The translations under genes were made by a program, and so were the position numbers. A stretch of 64,000 nucleotides of DNA from Alkalispirochaeta sp. GTDB taxonomy: Bacteria; Spirochaetota; Spirochaetia; DSM-27196; Alkalispirochaetaceae. Shown here one piece after another: positions 57,609 through 64,000 of this stretch. The notes under the pieces were generated by a model. It saw nothing but the letters and a program-made list of their open reading frames with translations. It made no database searches and was not told where the DNA came from. The DNA is taken from positions 4,768,001 through 4,832,000 of the forward strand of contig OZ271854.1 of NCBI GenBank assembly GCA_965601925.1, written 5' to 3'. Each line of letters opens with the position of its first letter. Positions within the stretch are counted from its first letter, which is position 1.

Positions 57609-59169
57609 ACTCCACATAAGTCGCAGCGGGCACCCGAGCGTGCTCATTAACGGTATCTCGCTCCACTCCCGGTACGATCCGATCAAGGAAGCCGATCGGA
57701 GAGCCCGCCTCGTTGCGCCGGGGGGTCACGTACGGTGCATCGTCGTCGTCGGCGAGGGTCTGCCGTACCTGAGCCGCGTTCTCGCCGACCGCTTTCCCGA
57801 CAAGCGCATTCTAAGCGTGATGTTGACGGCTCCGCCGCACTCGGCGCCGCCGCCGGGAGAGTGGACGGCCGCCGACATCGCGGAAGAGGGAGCGATACGC
57901 GGTTGGCTCCGCAGTCGCGTACACCCTCTGGACGCCGCCGCCCTCGCCGTGGAGCGGTGGGAGCCGGCAGCCCGTTGCGCGCCGACGGCCATAGAACGTA
58001 TCGAATCCGAGGTCGTCGCCGCCATCAGGGACCTGCAGGGGCAAATTGCCACGGTAGGATCGTTCGGCCTACGCTGGTTATCCAACGCAATACGCACCGT
58101 TATCGATATCGATACGCGCTGGGAGGTTCGAGTCGAGGGCGGGCCGCTCCTCCTGGCGACGAGCGGTCCCTCGTTGGAACGACTCTCTCGCTTCCTTCGG
58201 CAGGGCGCCGCCGCCCCGCTTCTTTTTGCGACGAGTTCGGCGCTCCGTCCGGTGACCGCGGCGGGTCTCACGCCGGCGTTGATCGTACACACCGACGGCG
58301 GTTTTTGGGCTCGCCGCTACCTCGCGCGGCCGCCGCGCACCGCCTTCGGAACGGCGACGACGGCCGACTCACCCCTGCTCGCCCTCCCTCCCCGCTCGGG
58401 CGGCGTACGACTCGGCGGCTCCGCCCCTCGGTTTCGTCCCGCATTACTCGCCACGGGTTGGGTCGGCGACGAGTTGGCGCCGGACTCGTCGGAGTGGACG
58501 GTACTTCCGGAGATGCCCAGCGTCGCCTCGTCGATGCTCGCCCTCGCCCGCGTCGTTGCACCGGATAGTGCTCTCCTCATAAGCGGTTTGGATCTTTGCT
58601 CGCGCGGTATCTCGACCCATGCGCGTCCCCACGCCAACGACTCGGTCGTCTCCACGGCGTCGCACCGCCTAATAAGCGAGGAGTCGCTCCGATTCCGTCG
58701 AGCCGTTCCCCGCGGCGGCGGACGGGCCGAGCGGGACTACACGTGGCCCGACGGCGTCCCCGCCTATCAAAGTGCCGCGCTGGAGGCGTTCGTAGAGCCG
58801 ACGCGTAGACTCATCGCCGAGCATCGCCGGCGCGCCCCAGTGTGCCACATCGAGCCGTCGCCGGTATGGGAGGAGTCGAGTCGGTGCCTCGATGGGGAGC
58901 CTAAGCGGGAAGGAGCACATCTTGTCGTTCGCCGCATCGAGCGCCCTCCCAAAAGGCGGCGCATTGCACATCTTCGCACCGTTCTCGACGCGTGGATGCA
59001 CCTATCACCGACCGACGAGAGTGTACGGACTCGCGACATTTTGCTGCACGCGGCGCCGGTCGAGATGGTGAGGTTCGCGCGCGGCGCATCCACCTCCGAA
59101 GAGGTCTCTCGCGCATCCGGTACTGCAATCGCGAAACTGCGACGGTTAGTGGAACATCTCGATGGCTGA
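57598..59169 (+). CDS. Maf/DUF115 (MptE-like) motility-associated-factor family protein
   Basis: NGISLHSRYDP.KEA, ATSGPSL, P.LIV.TDGG.W, ISGLDL. Confidence 0.8.
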   Translation: MTRELHISRSGHPSVLINGISLHSRYDPIKEADRRARLVAPGGHVRCIVVVGEGLPYLSRVLADRFPDKRILSVMLTAPPHSAPPPGEWTAADIAEEGAIRGWLRSRVHPLDAAALAVERWEPAARCAPTAIERIESEVVAAIRDLQGQIATVGSFGLRWLSNAIRTVIDIDTRWEVRVEGGPLLLATSGPSLERLSRFLRQGAAAPLLFATSSALRPVTAAGLTPALIVHTDGGFWARRYLARPPRTAFGTATTADSPLLALPPRSGGVRLGGSAPRFRPALLATGWVGDELAPDSSEWTVLPEMPSVASSMLALARVVAPDSALLISGLDLCSRGISTHARPHANDSVVSTASHRLISEESLRFRRAVPRGGGRAERDYTWPDGVPAYQSAALEAFVEPTRRLIAEHRRRAPVCHIEPSPVWEESSRCLDGEPKREGAHLVVRRIERPPKRRRIAHLRTVLDAWMHLSPTDESVRTRDILLHAAPVEMVRFARGASTSEEVSRASGTAIAKLRRLVEHLDG

Positions 59170-60820
59170 GTCGACTTTCAGGAAGAACATCGCCGCGCTG
59201 ACGCGTCGACAGCCCGATCTGGCCGCCGATCTTGAGGCGACACACCGGGCTCCACACCTTCGCGCGACGAGAAATGCCGACGGCCTGCTCAATGTAGAGA
59301 TGACCCTAAAGGATCTGCCTCCGCGACGCCTGCACTCTCGCCACGATCCGCTCCGGGAGGCGCAACGCATTGCCGACTCCCTGGGGCCCGCCGCGACGTT
59401 GTTGTGCTACGGGTCCGGCGCGGCGTGGCTCCCCCCCGTGTATCTGGCACGCTACCGCAGTGCGTCGGCCGTCATCGTCGAGAACTCTCCTGCAGCGTTG
59501 CGTACGACGATCGAGGCGGTTGACATCGCACGGGAGATAGCGGATGGACGGCTCTATCTGGCGTGTTCGACGGAAACGCTGAAGGCGGTCGTAGCGACGA
59601 TCCACCACCCCACGCTCCGCGATCGCCTCCTACAGCACCGATTGACGGGACGCGACGCCGATCCGGATGCGGCGGCCTTCTTCGGCCGAGCCGCCTCGTC
59701 CGTCCGCACTGCGCTGGCGGCGGCCGCTGAGGATGGAGCGACGATGCGACGTTTCGCTCGCTCGTGGTTCGTCCACACCGTCGCCAATACGCGCACCGTG
59801 TCGTGGGCGGCGCAGGCAGATCGGGTCCGTTCCGTAACGAAACGTTTTGCGGGGCGACGGGCGGTAGTACTCGCCGCCGGTCCCACGCTCGACGACTGGC
59901 TTGGTGCACGGATGGGGGACTGCGGGCCGATCGCCGTCGTCGACACGGCCTACCCCGCCGTACGCGCGCGCGGGATTAAGCCCGAGGTGGTGGTCAGTAT
60001 CGATCCGCAAGGTTGGACGTGCATGCACCTTGCCGAGGGCGTCCCGCGGCATACGACGCTGGCCGCAGATCTCGGGGTCAGTCCTCTCGTATTTGCATCA
60101 TCCGAGTCGGCGATCGCGATTGCCGGTCGTCATCCGCTGCACCAGCTCCTCTCACTCCGCGGCTTTCCCCTGGGGACGTTGGCGAGGCCGGCGTTGACGG
60201 TCACCGAAGCGGCGGTTCTTACCGCTCGCGGCTTCGGAGCGAGGGAGATTGAGATCGTCGGGGCCGACGGCGCCTTTCCCCGCGGAGCGACATACGCCAA
60301 GTCCACCTATCACCATCGCTTTTCCGCCCGTCGAGCGACGCGAGTGCGCCCCCAGGAGCACTTCTTTGCCGAGCGGGTCTATCCGTCGGCCGAGCCCGAC
60401 GCGACCGGCATGAACCGAGGCGAACGATCGACGCAAGAACGGGACGCCCCGGTCTTCTCAATTCCCGCAATGCGTCGGGCCCGGGAGCGTCTGTCGGACC
60501 TCGTCTCATCCCACGTTGAGACTCCCTCTTTGATCGCCTCCAAGGGAGCGACCGCCGCGGTGCGCACTATTGACGACGTACGGGCGTTTTGGAGTGACCA
60601 TATCGTGCACATCGACCGCGCTATTCAGGAGCTTTCGAGCGGCGAGGAGCGCTCTACCCCGGAGATTCTGCAGTGTATCGGACCGGACGGCCGAGCACAC
60701 CTTCCCCTTCTGGCCGCGTTCCCGCACCGGCGCGGGGAACCGCACGGGGAGCCACAACGACGGTTCATCGCCGTACTCCAGACGGTAAGAGCTTTCCTTT
60801 TTAAGGAAATCAACCGATAA
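59162..60820 (+). CDS. Maf/DUF115 (MptE-like) motility-associated-factor family protein
   Basis: FRKNIAAL, LHSRHDP.REA, LAAGPTLD, VDTA, KPEVVVSIDPQ, IVGAD. Confidence 0.82.
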   Translation: MAESTFRKNIAALTRRQPDLAADLEATHRAPHLRATRNADGLLNVEMTLKDLPPRRLHSRHDPLREAQRIADSLGPAATLLCYGSGAAWLPPVYLARYRSASAVIVENSPAALRTTIEAVDIAREIADGRLYLACSTETLKAVVATIHHPTLRDRLLQHRLTGRDADPDAAAFFGRAASSVRTALAAAAEDGATMRRFARSWFVHTVANTRTVSWAAQADRVRSVTKRFAGRRAVVLAAGPTLDDWLGARMGDCGPIAVVDTAYPAVRARGIKPEVVVSIDPQGWTCMHLAEGVPRHTTLAADLGVSPLVFASSESAIAIAGRHPLHQLLSLRGFPLGTLARPALTVTEAAVLTARGFGAREIEIVGADGAFPRGATYAKSTYHHRFSARRATRVRPQEHFFAERVYPSAEPDATGMNRGERSTQERDAPVFSIPAMRRARERLSDLVSSHVETPSLIASKGATAAVRTIDDVRAFWSDHIVHIDRAIQELSSGEERSTPEILQCIGPDGRAHLPLLAAFPHRRGEPHGEPQRRFIAVLQTVRAFLFKEINR

Positions 60821-60830
60821 TCTCAGGGAG

Positions 60831-62069
60831 ATGAGTCGACTTCTGGCGCGCATATACTTGATTACGACCATTCTTGTACTGGTGGGCATCACGGCGTTCT
60901 TCTTCTGGAGGCTCCATAGCGTACGAACGGAGCAGGAGACCGCCGCCGCCGAGAGCTTCCGTGGGTTGTCCGGGGACATTGCGACGCTGTGGAGCGACAA
61001 CGAGCTTCCCGCGGCGGGGGACGTCCTTTCGACGACCCTGGAGCGTTCATACGAAGTCGTTATCGAGCAACCGGAGGAGTCGGCCTCGGAGCGAGAGGCA
61101 GACGCGGCACCCGGTCACATGCCGCCCATCGTGGTAGGCGTCTACTCCTTCGATCGCGGCATCGACTATCTGTGGGCGCGCGACGGGCGATTCTTGGCGG
61201 ACGGGATGGTCGTCGAACACGGCGTCGCCCCGGTCATCAGTAGTAACGAGTTTATCCATCGCCGCTTTACGCGTTCCTTCGAGCTACCCGACGGGGAGCG
61301 TCGCATCGTTACCGCGGTATACTCCGTGCTGGACGCGCACGTCGCCTACGCCGCGTTGCGAGATACGCTCGTTGCACTTCTCGCGGCGATCGCCGGCGGC
61401 CTGGCGGTGACGATTATCCATCTCGCGGCGACTCGGCGCACGACGAGTTCTACGGTGCCCGTGAGTGCATCGCCGGCCGTTCATACCGTATCCGAGCCGT
61501 CTTCTCCGTCGGCGGCGACAATCGACCCGGCGGACGATGCCGTATCGGTACCGCCTCCCGAGGACACGGCCGAAGGTACCGCAGGTCTCGTTTCGAAATC
61601 GAATCTGGCACGTCGCCTTACGCTGGAGCTTGAACGTGCCGGCTTTTACGAACAGGATTTGAGCGTCGCCCTCTTCGAGTTTTTCGACGACAACAATGGG
61701 GTGGATGACGCCGCGTTCGCGCAAAATGCCGCTACAGTGCTTTCGTTCTTCGCCTTCGAGGACCTCTGCTTCGACGCCGGCGATAGACGCATCGCGGCGA
61801 TCTTTCCCAATACCACTCTGCAAGAAAACTTGGCACAAATCGAGCGGTTCCAGCACTTCTACTGGGAGGAACGTCGCAAGTGGGACCGAAACGAGGCCGA
61901 CTTCGTGTGCGGAGTCTCAGCGCGCAACGGTCGTCTCGTCGACGGTGAACGAATCATGGGCGAATGCGGTGCAGCGCTCCGACGCGCCAAAGGTACGCCG
62001 GGCCGAATTATGGGGTTCCAGCCGGATCCGCAACGTTACCGAGAGTTTTTGTCGGGTCAATCGGGATAG
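60831..62069 (+). CDS. Two-TM membrane protein with degenerate GGDEF-like domain
   Basis: Two TM helices; GL....L..RL..EL.RA....DLS.AL, GVS.R..R......E...AL.RAK; signature loop reads AGDRR instead of GGDEF. Confidence 0.7.
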   Translation: MSRLLARIYLITTILVLVGITAFFFWRLHSVRTEQETAAAESFRGLSGDIATLWSDNELPAAGDVLSTTLERSYEVVIEQPEESASEREADAAPGHMPPIVVGVYSFDRGIDYLWARDGRFLADGMVVEHGVAPVISSNEFIHRRFTRSFELPDGERRIVTAVYSVLDAHVAYAALRDTLVALLAAIAGGLAVTIIHLAATRRTTSSTVPVSASPAVHTVSEPSSPSAATIDPADDAVSVPPPEDTAEGTAGLVSKSNLARRLTLELERAGFYEQDLSVALFEFFDDNNGVDDAAFAQNAATVLSFFAFEDLCFDAGDRRIAAIFPNTTLQENLAQIERFQHFYWEERRKWDRNEADFVCGVSARNGRLVDGERIMGECGAALRRAKGTPGRIMGFQPDPQRYREFLSGQSG

Positions 62070-62995
62070 GGAATTTCAATATGCATCCGATCGCGGGTAA
62101 GGAACGTATCGGGAAAGTGCTCGCGGGCCTCTTTCACTAACTCCTTCAGCTGTCGGTTGGTAAATCTCGGACTATAGTGAATGAGCCCCATCCGTTTTAT
62201 GCCGCCGGCTCGAGCCGCCAGTCGCGCCGCATCGGCCGCGGTCATATGTTTTTTTGCGTAGGCGGTCTCGCGATGCTCCTCGGTAAACATTCCCTCGCTG
62301 ATCAATAGGTCGGAATCGGCGATATGCTCCGTGACGCTCTCGAGGGGCAACGTATCGGTCATGTACGTGAACTTGCGCCCAAGCCGTCCGGGCCCCAGCA
62401 CCGCCTCGGGATCCACTACCGTCCCGTCCTCGAGCGTAATCGATCGTCCCGCCTGCAGATGCGCCCACATCGGCCCACGGGGCACACCGGCCGCGGCGGC
62501 ACGATCGGGATAAAATGTCCCCGGGCGCATATCCTCGATCAACGTGTAGCCGACGCATACGCGCGAATGTCTGAGGGGAAACGAACGTATCGAATAGCCG
62601 TCGCCGCGAAATACCTCGTTCGGCACCGAAGGATCGGCGATCTCTCGTACCTTGATTTCGAAGTTAATGTACATCTCCAACACGCGGCGGCTCGTCTCAA
62701 CGTACTCCGCAATTCTGGGCGGACCGATGACGTACAACGGCTCGTCCCGGTCGACTTGACTCGAGAGCATCAGCATCCCCGGGAGACCCGTCACGTGATC
62801 CGCATGGGTGTGGGAGATGAGAATCGCACTGATCTTCTTCCACTTGAGGTTCAGCGCACGCAGACTGACCTGTGTGCCCTCCCCGCTATCAAAAAGAAAC
62901 ACCTCCCCTTCCCGTCGCAACAAGACCGACGTGAGGTGCCGATTCGGTAGCGGCATGGTACCGCTGGTACCGAGTACAAACGCCTCCATGTTCAT
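62057..62995 (-). CDS. rnz: Ribonuclease Z
   Basis: LGTSG.MP..NR, FDSGEGTQ, SHTHADH, PGTF.P..A...GVP.GP exosite, TDT, KHMTA, IHYSPRF. Confidence 0.95.
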   Translation of the reverse strand: MNMEAFVLGTSGTMPLPNRHLTSVLLRREGEVFLFDSGEGTQVSLRALNLKWKKISAILISHTHADHVTGLPGMLMLSSQVDRDEPLYVIGPPRIAEYVETSRRVLEMYINFEIKVREIADPSVPNEVFRGDGYSIRSFPLRHSRVCVGYTLIEDMRPGTFYPDRAAAAGVPRGPMWAHLQAGRSITLEDGTVVDPEAVLGPGRLGRKFTYMTDTLPLESVTEHIADSDLLISEGMFTEEHRETAYAKKHMTAADAARLAARAGGIKRMGLIHYSPRFTNRQLKELVKEAREHFPDTFLTRDRMHIEIPYPD

Positions 62996-63073
62996 AGCAG
63001 GGGGGAATGTAGCATAGCCGATCCATCATGTCATTGGGGACGATGCGAATGTGCCGGCGGGGAGCCGCACGTG

Positions 63074-63101
63074 AAAAGCTGCCGGACGGAGTCCGGCAGC
63101 T
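63074..63101 (-). terminator. Probable intrinsic terminator after xylA
   Basis: 11-bp stem AGCTGCCGGAC/GTCCGGCAGCT with a short T-run on the minus strand. Confidence 0.65.
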
Positions 63102-63185
63102 CCCTCCTTAGGCCGAGGATCGCCGTATGCAGAAACGACGCCGCGACCGTCTTGCCATTGTATCACCACATGGGGCGATGCGCCG

Positions 63186-64000
63186 TTAAATGTAGCGATT
63201 GACGATCGACTCCAAGAGCTCTCGCCGTCCACTCTCAAGTACGAAGTCGCCCTGGGTTAGGCTATACTGCTCGAGTTCTTCGAATCCGACGCGCCCGTCG
63301 AGGATCTTCGCACCGATACCGCTCTTCCACCCTGCGTAGCGGTCGGTGACGAACCCTTCCAGCTCGCCGCCCGCCAACAGGGCGTGGGCGACTTTGAGCC
63401 CTCGAGCGTACGCATCCATTCCGGCGATGTGGGCGAGGAAGATGTCATCGCTCTTAAAGGACGGCCGCCGCAACTTGGCGTCGAAGTTGAGCCCGCCGGG
63501 GGCGAGTCCGCCGTTTTTGAGCACCTCATACATCACGAAGATGCTCTCCATGATATTGGTCGGGAACTGATCGGTGTCCCACCCGAGGAGGTAGTCACCC
63601 TGGTTGGCGTCGAGACTGCCCAACAGTCCGTTGGCCCGAGCATAATGGATTTCGTGGGCGTAGGTGTGGCCGGCAAGGATCGCGTGATTCTGCTCGATGT
63701 TAAACTTAAAGTGGTCGACCAACCCGTACTTCTGCAGAAACGCGTGCCCGCTTTGCACATCGAAGTCGTACTGGTGGCTGGTCGGCTCTTTCGGCTTCGG
63801 CTCGATCAAAAACTGGCCGTCGAAACCGATTTTCTTCTTATAGTTCACCGCCATGTTGAGGAATCGTCCGAGATTGTCGAGTTCGAACCCCATGTCGGTG
63901 TTTATAAGCGTCTCGTACCCCTCTCTACCGCCCCAGAAGACGTAATTCTTACCGTCGAGGTATTGCGTAACCTCAAGGGCCTTTTTGACCTGGGCCGCGG
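63186..64000 (-). CDS. xylA: Xylose isomerase (class II), 5' part outside the window
   Basis: [59 protein letters not shown]. Confidence 0.96.
   Translation of the reverse strand, partial: AAQVKKALEVTQYLDGKNYVFWGGREGYETLINTDMGFELDNLGRFLNMAVNYKKKIGFDGQFLIEPKPKEPTSHQYDFDVQSGHAFLQKYGLVDHFKFNIEQNHAILAGHTYAHEIHYARANGLLGSLDANQGDYLLGWDTDQFPTNIMESIFVMYEVLKNGGLAPGGLNFDAKLRRPSFKSDDIFLAHIAGMDAYARGLKVAHALLAGGELEGFVTDRYAGWKSGIGAKILDGRVGFEELEQYSLTQGDFVLESGRRELLESIVNRYI

Overview
GC-rich bacterial chromosome segment, most likely from a free-living spirochaete (Spirochaetaceae/Alkalispirochaeta-like). The taxon is inferred from recalled protein styles (69-aa S21, Lon, LPP20 lipoprotein, TPR-Mrr protein, acidic protein/Maf cluster), not from a database search. 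It holds about 53 coding regions, mostly housekeeping or metabolic: metY with a Cys-less Rrf2 regulator, an M16 protease, an FeS-less (6-4) photolyase-like gene, an RND efflux operon, ptsP, a sigma54/BkdR-type buk-ATPase-VOR-ptb operon, TPR genes, rpsU, recJ, pdp, a diguanylate cyclase, recO, lon, two maf-like genes, rnz and a partial xylA. There is a lower-GC islet carrying a MalT-like regulator and its probable target, and a decayed AraC/AhpD-like remnant. I saw no rRNA, tRNA, CRISPR array, transposase or integrase. The most unusual signals are regulatory: rpsU seems to start at ATC; many genes look leaderless; an AraC-GyrI gene may hide an internal promoter; and several operator palindromes are visible. 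The best candidates for uncharacterised systems are the TPR/dead-Mrr + phosphoesterase + ParB-like operon and the acidic-protein/Maf/degenerate-GGDEF operon. All assignments come from reading motifs by eye.
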